DNA of 45,028 bases from a virus (IMGVR_UViG_3300031519_000043:1-45028), one strand, 5' to 3'. Shown: positions 19,632 to 29,536, counted from the first letter of the stretch. Made by a program: numbers and translations. The notes: generated by a model from the letters alone, not told the origin.

Positions 19632-20453
19632 ATGGCTGTTCCCACAAGTAAATCAACATTCAAAGATTATTGCTTACGAGCGTTAGGTTCTGGTGTCATT
19701 GATATTAATGTATCAGATGATCAGGCAGATGACCGTATTGATGAAGCACTACAATTCTTTGCACAGTATCACTATGACGGTATTGAGAAGATGTATCTCA
19801 AACATCTTATTACCGAGGAAGATGTCGCAAGAGGAAAAGCAAATATTTCCTCAACTGGAACGGATTCAGCTGACAGTACTATTACTGATACATTCTTAGA
19901 AGGTACTAATTTTATCCCAATGCCTTCTGCTGTTATTTCGGTTATACAGGTTTGGCCGTTCACTGATACTGGCGGTGGTAGCAGTATGTTTGATGTTAAG
20001 TATCAATTACGTCTTAATGACTTGTATGACCTATCATCTACATCTGTTATTCAGTATCAGATGGCTATGGACAACCTCGACCTTCTGGAACACATCCTTG
20101 TTGGTGAACAACCAATTCGATATAGTCAACATCAAAATCGTTTATACATAGATGCTGATTGGTCGAACGCTTTTACTGCTGGACAAGACTATATTATTGT
20201 AGAATGTTATCGCAAAATAGACCCAACAACGTATACAGATATCTTTGACGATATCTTTCTCAAGAGATATGCAACCACACTAATCAAACAACAGTGGGGT
20301 GCGAACCTGTCTAAGTTCAGTGGTGTTGCAATGCTTGGTGGTGTTACCATGAATGGAGAAACTATCTATACACAGGCATTAGAGGAGAAAAATAAGTTAG
20401 AAGAACAAATCCAACTTACGTTTGAGTTGCCAGTTAATTATATGATAGGGTAA
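19632..20453 (+). CDS. gp13: Neck protein gp13
   Basis: YCLRALG..VIDINVSDDQADDRIDEALQFF..YHYDG; LIKQQWGANLSKFSGVAMLGGVTMNG. Confidence 0.93.
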   Translation: MAVPTSKSTFKDYCLRALGSGVIDINVSDDQADDRIDEALQFFAQYHYDGIEKMYLKHLITEEDVARGKANISSTGTDSADSTITDTFLEGTNFIPMPSAVISVIQVWPFTDTGGGSSMFDVKYQLRLNDLYDLSSTSVIQYQMAMDNLDLLEHILVGEQPIRYSQHQNRLYIDADWSNAFTAGQDYIIVECYRKIDPTTYTDIFDDIFLKRYATTLIKQQWGANLSKFSGVAMLGGVTMNGETIYTQALEEKNKLEEQIQLTFELPVNYMIG

Positions 20454-20456
20454 TTC

Positions 20457-21356
20457 ATGGCTGTTAATAAACATTTTCATTCCCCCGGCCTTGCGGCGGC
20501 CACGGCCAGTCAACCTCGTGCTTGGCGGTGGCGCTCGCACTTGGCAGTTGAGAAATCTTTGTATGCTGACTTAGTTACAGAAGCTATTCACCATAGAGGA
20601 CACTCTGTATATTATATTGACCGTACACTTGTTGCTGAAGACAATGTTCTTGGTGAGGATGCTCTGTCTAAATTCAACACTCAGTCTTTAATTGAAATGT
20701 ATATGGAAGACTCTGATGGTGGGTTTGCGGGAGAACGTGAGATTATGTCTCAGTTCGGTCTACAAAATCTAAGTGAAGCAACTTTTGTTGTAAGTAAGAC
20801 AAAGTTTCAAGAAAAAACAAAACAATTACAAATAGAAACAGCAACAGACTCAACATCGTCTGGTTCTATCCAATTGGAATCTGGTACAATATCTGATAGT
20901 CAAATATCTTATATTCTAAATGAAACTGTTGCAACTGATGCAGACCGTCCTTTTGAGGGTGATATAATTTATCATCCAACACTAAAGAAATTGTTTGAGA
21001 TTAACTTTGTGGATCACGATGATCCTTTTCATCAGCTAGATAGTAATCCTGTTTATAAATTAAAATGTCGTCTGTTTGATTATGGTTCAGATGAACTTAG
21101 TACTGGTATTACTGAAATTGATGCAATCACAGACGATTTATCAGTTGCAAGTTCTGATGACAAATTTGCATTAGAAAATGAAACAGGTAGCATCATAATA
21201 GAGAACGCAGAAGATACTGGTGATGTAGAATACTTAGTACAGGAAGGCTATCATATTGGTGATTCCGCACAAAATGAATTGTTTGATACATTAGATGATA
21301 CAGTATTGGACTTCAGTGAATCAAACCCATTTGGTGATGTAGGGAGTGCAAACTAA
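20457..21356 (+). CDS. gp14: Neck/head-closure protein gp14, copy 1
   Basis: LVTEAI..GH.VYYIDR, IEMYME, FGL, PFEGDIIY.P....LFEINFVDHDDPFHQL, LDFSESNPFGD. Confidence 0.88.
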   Translation: MAVNKHFHSPGLAAATASQPRAWRWRSHLAVEKSLYADLVTEAIHHRGHSVYYIDRTLVAEDNVLGEDALSKFNTQSLIEMYMEDSDGGFAGEREIMSQFGLQNLSEATFVVSKTKFQEKTKQLQIETATDSTSSGSIQLESGTISDSQISYILNETVATDADRPFEGDIIYHPTLKKLFEINFVDHDDPFHQLDSNPVYKLKCRLFDYGSDELSTGITEIDAITDDLSVASSDDKFALENETGSIIIENAEDTGDVEYLVQEGYHIGDSAQNELFDTLDDTVLDFSESNPFGDVGSAN

Positions 21357-22300
21357 TGACTACTGGACAAATAGTTACAGCTGAACAATCACTATACGCT
21401 AACTTGATTGCAGAAGCAATTCAAATTCACGGACACGATGTATATTATCTTGACCGCACATTAGTTGCAGAAGACACTGTTCTTGGTGAAGATTCACTAT
21501 CTAAGTTTAATACTCAGTCTCTTATCGAAATGTATATGGAAGATTCTGGTGGCGGATATGCTGGAGAACAAGAACTGATGTCTCAGTTTGGTTTGCAGAA
21601 CCTTAGTGAAGCAACCTTCGTTGTAAGTAAGTCACGATTTCAAGAGAAAACAAAACAATTACAAATTGAAGATGGTACAGATTCAACATCGTCTGGCTCT
21701 ATTCAATTGGAGGCTGGCACACTTTCTGAATCTGCACTAGCAGGAGATATATTTTATATTCTAAATGAAACTGATGCGACTGATGCTGATCGACCCCTAG
21801 AGGGCGACGCAATTTATCATCCAACACTCAAAAAATTATTTGAGATTAATTTTGTGGATCACGATGATCCTTTCCACCAGTTGGACAATAACCCAGTTTA
21901 CAAGATGCGCTGTCGTCTGTTCGATTACGGTTCAGAAGCTCTTGATACAGGTATCACAGATATTGACGCAATATCAGATTCTCTATCAATTGCGAGTTCT
22001 GATTATCAGTTTACACTTGAAATTGAAAGTATTGTTGGTCAGCCATTAACAATGGATATAAATGGATATACTTTAGATGCAACGAATGTTACCCTTGATG
22101 CTACAATAGTCGGCGCAAATCAAAACCCACCTTCATTTGGTACAAGTTTATTGCTTGAAAGTGGTAGTTACGTTATTTCGGAAGAATATATAATCGGTGA
22201 TGGTGTTGTAGACAAAACTGCACAAAATGAATTGTTTGATAGCTTGGATGATACAGTCTTGGACTTCTCAGAGTCAAACCCATTTGGTGATCCCACATAA
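21356..22300 (+). CDS. gp14: Neck/head-closure protein gp14, copy 2
   Basis: Same motifs as copy 1 (EQSLYANLIAEAIQIHGHDVYYLDR...LDFSESNPFGD); TAATG stop-start coupling. Confidence 0.88.
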   Translation: MTTGQIVTAEQSLYANLIAEAIQIHGHDVYYLDRTLVAEDTVLGEDSLSKFNTQSLIEMYMEDSGGGYAGEQELMSQFGLQNLSEATFVVSKSRFQEKTKQLQIEDGTDSTSSGSIQLEAGTLSESALAGDIFYILNETDATDADRPLEGDAIYHPTLKKLFEINFVDHDDPFHQLDNNPVYKMRCRLFDYGSEALDTGITDIDAISDSLSIASSDYQFTLEIESIVGQPLTMDINGYTLDATNVTLDATIVGANQNPPSFGTSLLLESGSYVISEEYIIGDGVVDKTAQNELFDSLDDTVLDFSESNPFGDPT

Positions 22301-22358
22301 TGATAAATAGTATTAAGTGCAACTATTACATAAATATAATGAATAGGGAGAATACATT

Positions 22359-23165
22359 ATGCTAGGGCAGCAATTCTATCATGAAACAATAAGAAACATA
22401 GTTGTGGGTTTCGGAACGGTTTTCAACAATATCTCGTTAGTTCGTAAGGACAATGCTGGGACAGTTCAACAGACCATGAAAGTTCCATTGGCATATGGAC
22501 CAAGGCAGAAGTTTCTTGTTCGTCTTGCTGATGATGCAGACCTGAGTAAAGCTGCTGCGGTTACTTTACCTCGTATTGGTTTCGAAATAACAGGTCTTAC
22601 CTACGATCCCGGTAGGAAACTAAACCGTGTTCAGAAATTCAAAAAAGTTAAGGGTGACACAACCAAAACACAACAGTTAGACACCCAGTATATGCCTGTT
22701 CCTTATAATATTGATTTTGAACTTTACATTCTTGCAAAACAATCTGATGATGCACTACAGATTGTCGAACAAATTCTTCCTTACTTTCAACCAGATTATA
22801 CAATCACGATGAATGATAACGCTGATATGGGTGTTAAAAAAGACATCCCTGTTATCCTAAACAGTATTTCTTATGAGGATGATTATCAGGGAGACTTTAC
22901 GACAAGAAGAGCCATCATTTATACATTGAGTTTCACTTGCAAGTTCTATCTCTATGGTCCTGTTACATCCAGTAAGGTTATCAAGACGGTACAGGTTGAT
23001 GCATACACTGATATGCCTGACCAATCACCAACACGACAACAGAGACTTACTGTCACGCCAAATCCAACCAGTGCTGATGCTGATGACGATTTTGGTTTCA
23101 ATGAGGTAACATCGTTCTTTGAGGATGCGAAAAATCACAATCCAGTGACGGGTGAAGATGAATAG
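22359..23165 (+). CDS. gp15: Tail sheath stabiliser/completion protein gp15
   Basis: FYHETIR..VVGFGTVFNNI, KVPLAYGPRQKF, TLPRIGFE, QIVEQILPYFQP. Confidence 0.93.
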   Translation: MLGQQFYHETIRNIVVGFGTVFNNISLVRKDNAGTVQQTMKVPLAYGPRQKFLVRLADDADLSKAAAVTLPRIGFEITGLTYDPGRKLNRVQKFKKVKGDTTKTQQLDTQYMPVPYNIDFELYILAKQSDDALQIVEQILPYFQPDYTITMNDNADMGVKKDIPVILNSISYEDDYQGDFTTRRAIIYTLSFTCKFYLYGPVTSSKVIKTVQVDAYTDMPDQSPTRQQRLTVTPNPTSADADDDFGFNEVTSFFEDAKNHNPVTGEDE

Positions 23166-23574
23166 CATAGATAAAGCACTTGGAGTAGTTGGGGAGGTTA
23201 TTCCACCCGAAGCTTCTCTAAAACCAAAAGTTAAAATCTCTGAAGTTTCTCGTTATCCAGTAGAGTTGGAAGAGGGTGAAGACATTGATGCTGACTATAA
23301 GTACCAAAGAGAGAACTTCTATCGGTTGGTTGAACAAGGTTCTACTGCGATTGAGGGTATCCTTGAACTTGCGAGAGAGGGTGAACATCCAAGAGCATAC
23401 GAAGTTGCTGGACAGTTAATCAAGAATGTTGCAGAGGTCACTGAAAAACTAGGCGATCTTCAAGAGAAGATGAAAAAACTCAAAGAGGTTCCCAATAACG
23501 CACCGAAGAGTGTTACGAATGCATTGTTTGTTGGCAGCACTGCTGAGTTGCAAAAAATGCTGAAGGAAAAATAA
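23158..23574 (+). CDS. gp16: Terminase small subunit gp16
   Basis: DYKYQRENFY, HPRAYEVAGQLIK, NALFVGSTAELQKML. Confidence 0.93.
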   Translation: MNSIDKALGVVGEVIPPEASLKPKVKISEVSRYPVELEEGEDIDADYKYQRENFYRLVEQGSTAIEGILELAREGEHPRAYEVAGQLIKNVAEVTEKLGDLQEKMKKLKEVPNNAPKSVTNALFVGSTAELQKMLKEK

Positions 23575-23969
23575 TGTATGAGTATCCATGTAAAATTGTT
23601 AAGGTAATAGACGGTGACACAGCTGATGTGGATATCGATCTTGGGTTTGGTGTGTGGTTGAAGAAACAGAGGATTCGTTTCTATGGCGTAGACACACCTG
23701 AGTCAAGGACAAGTGACAAAGAAGAAAAGGTCTATGGACTAATGGCAAAGGAATTTGTTTTGTCCCACCTACCAATTGGATCAATACAAGTTCTACGCAC
23801 TAGAAAAGATGGTAAGGGGAAATACGGTCGTATTCTTGGAGAGTTTGTTGTGGAAGATACAACTCTAAATCAGTTGCTCATTGATACGCACAACGCTGTT
23901 GCATATTTTGGACAGTCAAAGGATGATATTGAAGAAGAACATATAAGGAACAGGGAGTTCCTTAAATAA
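23574..23969 (+). CDS. Thermonuclease (SNase-like) family nuclease
   Basis: KVIDGDT..VDIDLGF, RIRFYGVDTPESRT, GKYGRILG. Confidence 0.88.
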   Translation: MYEYPCKIVKVIDGDTADVDIDLGFGVWLKKQRIRFYGVDTPESRTSDKEEKVYGLMAKEFVLSHLPIGSIQVLRTRKDGKGKYGRILGEFVVEDTTLNQLLIDTHNAVAYFGQSKDDIEEEHIRNREFLK

Positions 23970-23979
23970 TGATATTTAA

Positions 23980-25233
23980 ATGTGTACATTTCAGATAACA
24001 AATAATTCTACGCAGAATATAAATCATAACATATTACAACCGGGTGGCCCTGATTTATCTAACACGATAAAACTTGATGATGTGTATATCACCCACCACC
24101 TTTTAAGTATTACAGGTGATTTTACTCCACAACCAGTAGAACGTGAAGGAAAACATTTTCTGTTGATGGGTGAGATTTACAACTATGATAAGTCACTACC
24201 AAGTGATATTTATTTTGGTATTGAGAAATATTTTGAGTATGGAGATAAATTTACAGAACATCTTGACGGTGAATTTTTATTTATTGTTATTGATGGAAAT
24301 ACCATAGATTTCTTTTCTGACCCTTGGAGTACAAGACAGGCATATTATACTATTCTTGATGACAAGTGGTATTTCACCACACTCCGTATATCTCCTAACA
24401 GTCAACGATTTTTACATAACAGTCATTATAGGTTTCATACAAAAGACACCACCATTGAGTTAGTGAATGATGAACTAACAAGTTGGAATCTTGAACAGAA
24501 TATTAATTCTCTTGATGAGGTTGTCAATTCGTTTGAGGAAGCAGTGATAAAAAGGTGGACACCAAACTCTACATTGTTTTTAAGTGGTGGTGTTGATAGC
24601 AGTGCAGTTGCATTGTGTCTCCACAAAAACAAGAAAACATTTAATGCTATAAGTCTTATGATAAAACCAGAACATGAAGATCAAGAATCTTTGAGTGCTG
24701 TAGTTGAATTATGTAAACCTCCGTATTATAATATTAATGAAATAACTGATGAATATTTAGATTTAGATAATTCACAGTGTGAAATAAGAAAACAAACTAA
24801 ATTAAGATTCAATAGCAAAGTTGTTCTTACTGGAAGTGGTAGTGATGAATTTATTGATAACTATATATCAAAGAATATTTCAGAGTTTTATGTTTGGCCA
24901 AATAACCTAAATGACATATTTCCATACTCTCATTTCTATAAAGGCTCATCAAGATTACTGTTAGACTTTCATGAAAGGTATAGTCTTAATTTTGGTATAG
25001 AAAACAGAAACACATTTTATGATAAAAAATTTGTTCAGTGTTGGTTAAACACTACACCAGAGATTAAAAATGATGAAAGTAAAGCGTTTTTAAAAGATTA
25101 TATTAGAGAATATAATATTCCTATATCCAAGTTTCCAAGAAGTGGGTTTGGTCGGCAAAATTCTCAAAGGCCAAAAAATCGACTTTTTCATTTCTATTCA
25201 AAAACTATATTTTTAGGAGAAAATAATGAGTAA
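23980..25233 (+). CDS. Compact asparagine synthetase B-like amidotransferase
   Basis: N-terminal Met-Cys (Ntn nucleophile), GEIYN, LDGEF, LFLSGGVDSS PP-loop, VVLTGSGSDE. Confidence 0.8.
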   Translation: MCTFQITNNSTQNINHNILQPGGPDLSNTIKLDDVYITHHLLSITGDFTPQPVEREGKHFLLMGEIYNYDKSLPSDIYFGIEKYFEYGDKFTEHLDGEFLFIVIDGNTIDFFSDPWSTRQAYYTILDDKWYFTTLRISPNSQRFLHNSHYRFHTKDTTIELVNDELTSWNLEQNINSLDEVVNSFEEAVIKRWTPNSTLFLSGGVDSSAVALCLHKNKKTFNAISLMIKPEHEDQESLSAVVELCKPPYYNINEITDEYLDLDNSQCEIRKQTKLRFNSKVVLTGSGSDEFIDNYISKNISEFYVWPNNLNDIFPYSHFYKGSSRLLLDFHERYSLNFGIENRNTFYDKKFVQCWLNTTPEIKNDESKAFLKDYIREYNIPISKFPRSGFGRQNSQRPKNRLFHFYSKTIFLGENNE

Positions 25234-25258
25234 TAAATATAAGAAAGGGATGTAATTA

Positions 25259-26902
25259 ATGGCTGACAATCAATATCTAGGTAATCCCAATCTCAAGAAA
25301 GCTAACGTCGCTCAAAGCTGGACGAAGAAAGAACTTGTTGAGTACCAGAAGTGTATGGAGAACCCCCAGTATTTTATAGAGAATTATGTCAAAATTGTTT
25401 CTCTTGATGAAGGTCTTGTTCCATTTAAGATGTATGATTTCCAGAAGGAAATGGTAGGAACCTTTCATAGTAATCGTTTCACTATATGTAAACTACCCAG
25501 ACAGTCGGGTAAGTCCACCGTCATGGTTTCATATCTACTTCATTACGCACTTTTCAATCCCAGTGTCAATATCGCAATCCTTGCGAATAAGGCTGCAACT
25601 GCTCGTGATTTACTGTCACGTTTGCAACTGGCGTATGAACATCTACCCAAGTGGTTACAACAGGGGGTGATGAGTTGGAACAAAGGTTCATTGGAGTTAG
25701 AAAATGGTTCAAAAATATTGGCAAGTTCTACTAGTGCGTCTGCTGTTCGTGGTGGGTCTTACAACATTATTTTCCTTGATGAGTTTGCATATGTCCCAAG
25801 TAATGTTGCAGAACAATTTTTCAGTTCAGTCTACCCTACAATAAGTTCGGGTAAAACTACGAAGGTAATGATCGTTTCCACCCCGCATGGTATGAATATG
25901 TTCTATAAACTATGGGTGGATGCAGAGGAAGGTCGTAACACTTATATTCCTATTGAGGTTCATTGGAGTGAAGTTCCCGGTAGAGATGAGAAGTGGAAAG
26001 AGGAAACGATTAAGAACACCTCTCAGGCTCAATTTAATACAGAGTTTGAGTGTGAGTTTCTTGGTTCTATTGATACCCTTATCGCACCATACAAATTGAA
26101 ACAGTTGACATATCGGGCACCAATACAGTCTAGTGCTGGCCTTGATGTTCATGTTGCACCACAACCAGATCGTACATATGTTCTCGTCGCAGATGTTGCG
26201 AGGGGAACACAAAACGACTATTCTGCATTTGTGGTAGTAGATGTAAGTGAAATGCCTTTTCGGGTGGCTGCAAAGTTTAGAGACAACGAACTGAAACCCC
26301 TTATCTTTCCCTCTAAGATATACGATGTTGCGAGAGCATATAATCAAGCATATGTTTTGATTGAGGTCAATGACATAGGAGAACAGGTCGCCAGTGCGAT
26401 GCAGTTTGACTTGGAGTATGACAACCTTATTATGGCTAGTATGCGTGGACGGGCGGGACAGGTCATTGGAGCAGGGTTCAGTGGTGGCCGAGCGCAATTG
26501 GGGGTAAGAACGACTAAAGCAGTTAAGAAGATTGGTTGTTCTAACCTCAAACAGTTAGTTGAGGATAATAAACTTATTCTTGAGGATTATGATTGCATCA
26601 ACGAACTTTCCACCTTTATTGTAAAGGGGTCATCCTTTGAAGCAGATGATGGGTGTAACGATGACTTGGTTGCGTGTCTCTTTATCTTTGCATGGCTTAC
26701 TGACCAGACATACTTCAAGGAACTAACTAACAACGATATTCGACGGGTCATGATGAATGAGCAACAAGACATGCTAGAACAAGATATGGCACCATTTGGT
26801 TTCATTGTGAATGGTCTTGAGGATGAGAACATTGGTGAGATGGTAGACGAATATGGAACTCGATGGTCACCAATTGTGAGAGATAGTTCTAGAAGTTGGT
26901 AA
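25259..26902 (+). CDS. gp17: Terminase large subunit gp17
   Basis: YLGNPNLK, PRQSGKST (Walker A), IIFLDEFA (Walker B), STPHG, DVARG nuclease domain, DDLV. Confidence 0.97.
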   Translation: MADNQYLGNPNLKKANVAQSWTKKELVEYQKCMENPQYFIENYVKIVSLDEGLVPFKMYDFQKEMVGTFHSNRFTICKLPRQSGKSTVMVSYLLHYALFNPSVNIAILANKAATARDLLSRLQLAYEHLPKWLQQGVMSWNKGSLELENGSKILASSTSASAVRGGSYNIIFLDEFAYVPSNVAEQFFSSVYPTISSGKTTKVMIVSTPHGMNMFYKLWVDAEEGRNTYIPIEVHWSEVPGRDEKWKEETIKNTSQAQFNTEFECEFLGSIDTLIAPYKLKQLTYRAPIQSSAGLDVHVAPQPDRTYVLVADVARGTQNDYSAFVVVDVSEMPFRVAAKFRDNELKPLIFPSKIYDVARAYNQAYVLIEVNDIGEQVASAMQFDLEYDNLIMASMRGRAGQVIGAGFSGGRAQLGVRTTKAVKKIGCSNLKQLVEDNKLILEDYDCINELSTFIVKGSSFEADDGCNDDLVACLFIFAWLTDQTYFKELTNNDIRRVMMNEQQDMLEQDMAPFGFIVNGLEDENIGEMVDEYGTRWSPIVRDSSRSW

Positions 26903-26906
26903 TATC

Positions 26907-27206
26907 CTAAATAAATTCAATCAAATCATGATGTTTTTTGATGTAACAGTTATAACATAGAATGACAGACTGATCAATTAGGTGAAATACCTCTTTACGA
27001 CTGTCATCACTGGTTCCAACTCTTTTGGATACTTTGCGTATCTCTGCATCATACGGCCAGAATTTGAGACACACATGTTCTGCCTCACCACAGTGAATAC
27101 AAGATTTATCTGTGAGAAATTCGTTTAGGAGATATACTCGTTTCTGGTAATTTCTCCGTGAAACTTTCTTGATAGTGTCTTTGTATTTTTCATAATGATC
27201 ATTCAT
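26907..27206 (-). CDS. HNH/Zn-finger endonuclease-like protein, apparently degenerate
   Basis: CIHCGE...LKF and LCYNC Zn pairs; the only supported minus-strand gene; ATG 27206 lies right behind a minus-strand TATAAATA (track start 27230). Confidence 0.65.
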   Translation of the reverse strand: MNDHYEKYKDTIKKVSRRNYQKRVYLLNEFLTDKSCIHCGEAEHVCLKFWPYDAEIRKVSKRVGTSDDSRKEVFHLIDQSVILCYNCYIKKHHDLIEFI

Positions 27207-27211
27207 GATTC

Positions 27212-27270
27212 TATTTATATGATATAACACTTATAAAAACGAGTTTTGTAAAAGAGGGTTTTTATAAATA
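27212..27270. promoter_or_regulatory. Divergent late promoters: TATAAATA on - (27219-27212, HNH-like gene) and on + (27263-27270, gp18)
   Basis: Two exact consensus octamers; inverted repeat TTATAAAAAC (27231-27240)/GTTTTTATAA (27258-27267) between them, overlapping the + octamer. Confidence 0.7.
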
Positions 27271-27311
27271 TCTGTATAACAAATAACTCTCTTTAAGTTA
27301 GGAGTAAAGAC

Positions 27312-29534
27312 ATGGGATTTCTAGTTTCACCCGGCGTTCATGTACGGGAAATTGATCTTACTAATGTTGTTCCAGCTGTATCTACGTCTATCGGTGCCAT
27401 CGCCGGTCCTTTTCAAAAAGGTCCAGTTAGTGCGATTACTGCGATTAGTTCGGAAGAACAGTTACTACAGACATTTGGTAAGCCAAATAGTTCAAATTTT
27501 GAGTTTTGGTTCACTGCTGCAAACTTCTTGCAGTATGGTGACGCACTCAGGGTGGTTCGTGCAGAATCAGCCATATTAAACGCTGGTGCAAACAGTGGTA
27601 TCCTCATTCGTGACGATGACCATTATGAAGCATCCTTTGCCGATGGGTCAGGTTCTCACGGTGAGTGGGCTGCTCGTACTGCTGGTACTCATGGTAATTC
27701 ACTTGGTGTGGATATCTGTCCTAGCGCCCGAGCATTTTCACAACAACTTGGTTCTCTTAACCTAGTTAATGGTGCTGGTGCAATTGGTGATTTGGAAATC
27801 ACAGTTGATGACCAAAATGCAACTGATGCGTCAATCATAATCGGGGACATCATTCAGTTCTACGATGCAAGTGCTATTGTTGCAACCGTTAACGGTGCAA
27901 TTACAGTTGCATCTAAAAACCTTACGGTTGATGGTGTTTCTGGGACACTTGCAGTTGGCCAACGTGTTCTTGGTGCAGGCATCTCTGATGGTGACGAAGT
28001 GGTTAAAATTGCCACAGTTACTTCGCAGACTGCTGTTATCCTTGATAAGGCAATCACTGTTGCAAACGATATTCCTCTGGTGTTTTCAGCAGCTGCTGGA
28101 CATGACAGAGTAGAATCGGGTAACGTAGAATACGAAGTTACTGCGATTTCCACCGAAACTCTCACCATTCGGGTTCTTGATGATCCTGCTGGTGGCGGAC
28201 TTCAGACGATTATTCCTGATAACTCTCTCATTCGTCGTCGCTGGCGTTTCAGTGACCTCTTTGACAGTGCTCCCGGCACATCTGATTGGTCAACTGCAAA
28301 TGGTCGTGGTGAATTAGATGAACTGCATGTTGCAGTTTATGATACAACAGGCGACATTACAGGTTTTGCTGTGGATGTTAAAGGACAACGCACAGCATCA
28401 GTCATTGAAGTGTTTCCATCAATGTCTAAGAACTCAGCAGCGAAGACAACACAGGGTGGAAATAACTACTACCCAGATGTTATCTTCCGTGGTTCTGGAT
28501 TTATTTACTGGACAGACCATCTTGCTGCTGGTACTAACTGGGGTACAGATATTGCCACAGGTACGGATTACACAGTGATAAGTGGTGTTGATGTTTCTGC
28601 ATTGTCAGGTGGAACGGATGATTACTCCGTAACTGCTGGTGAAATGGAAATTGCTTATGACAAGTTTTCTGATACAGAAAACCTTGACATCAACCTAGTT
28701 ATGGGTGGTCCAAGTTCAGCTGTTGCAGATACAGAAGCTGGTCAGGATACACACGTTACAATGATCACTGATCTTTGTGAACTTCGTAGAGATTGCGTTG
28801 GTTTCGTATCACCTTATCGTGCTGCGACAGTTGGTGTAACATCATCTATCACTCAGACAGAAAATGTCAAGGATGCGTTTGACAAGTGCCCATCATCTTC
28901 TTACATGGTATTCGATAGTGGATACAAGTACATGTATGATAAGTACAACGATGTGTATCGTCATGTTCCTTTGAACGGTGATACTGCTGGCCTTTGTGCA
29001 AATACAGATGCTGTTGCTGATCCTTGGTTCTCACCAGCGGGTTACAATCGTGGTGGTGTTCGTAGTGCAATCAAACTTTCTTATAACCCACAGAAAGCAG
29101 ATCGTGACATTCTATATAAGGCTCGGATTAACCCAGTGGTTGATTTCCCCGGTCAGGGTGTTACACTCTTTGGTGATAAGACTGCTCTTTCCAAACCAAG
29201 TGCATTTGACCGCATTAACGTGCGTCGTCTGTTCCTTGTTCTTGAGAAAGCAATTGCCACTGCTTCTAAGTTCCAACTCTTTGAGTTCAATGATGAATTC
29301 ACAAGAGCCCAGTTCCGTAATCTGGTAGAACCCTTCTTGCGGGATGTGCAGGGACGCCGTGGTATTTTCGACTTTAAGGTAGTTTGTGATACAACTAATA
29401 ACACTGGTGAGGTCATTGACCGTAACGAGTTTATTGGTGACATCTACATCAAACCAGCAAGGTCAATCAACTTTATTACACTAAACTTCATCGCCGTGCG
29501 AACTGGTGTTGCGTTTAGTGAGGTAGGAGGTTAA
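27312..29534 (+). CDS. gp18: Tail sheath protein gp18
   Basis: FLVSPGVHVREIDLT, PWFSPAGYNRG, LFGDKT, SAFDRINVRRLF, IYIKPARSINFI. Confidence 0.97.
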   Translation: MGFLVSPGVHVREIDLTNVVPAVSTSIGAIAGPFQKGPVSAITAISSEEQLLQTFGKPNSSNFEFWFTAANFLQYGDALRVVRAESAILNAGANSGILIRDDDHYEASFADGSGSHGEWAARTAGTHGNSLGVDICPSARAFSQQLGSLNLVNGAGAIGDLEITVDDQNATDASIIIGDIIQFYDASAIVATVNGAITVASKNLTVDGVSGTLAVGQRVLGAGISDGDEVVKIATVTSQTAVILDKAITVANDIPLVFSAAAGHDRVESGNVEYEVTAISTETLTIRVLDDPAGGGLQTIIPDNSLIRRRWRFSDLFDSAPGTSDWSTANGRGELDELHVAVYDTTGDITGFAVDVKGQRTASVIEVFPSMSKNSAAKTTQGGNNYYPDVIFRGSGFIYWTDHLAAGTNWGTDIATGTDYTVISGVDVSALSGGTDDYSVTAGEMEIAYDKFSDTENLDINLVMGGPSSAVADTEAGQDTHVTMITDLCELRRDCVGFVSPYRAATVGVTSSITQTENVKDAFDKCPSSSYMVFDSGYKYMYDKYNDVYRHVPLNGDTAGLCANTDAVADPWFSPAGYNRGGVRSAIKLSYNPQKADRDILYKARINPVVDFPGQGVTLFGDKTALSKPSAFDRINVRRLFLVLEKAIATASKFQLFEFNDEFTRAQFRNLVEPFLRDVQGRRGIFDFKVVCDTTNNTGEVIDRNEFIGDIYIKPARSINFITLNFIAVRTGVAFSEVGG

Positions 29535-29536
29535 TC

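Noticed and set aside
1036-20509. Shared 13-mer GCGGCCACGGCCA in the fibre gene (~1036) and gp14 copy 1 (~20496)
   Set aside because: Both encode Ala-Ala-Thr-Ala; too short to support a mobile or regulatory link
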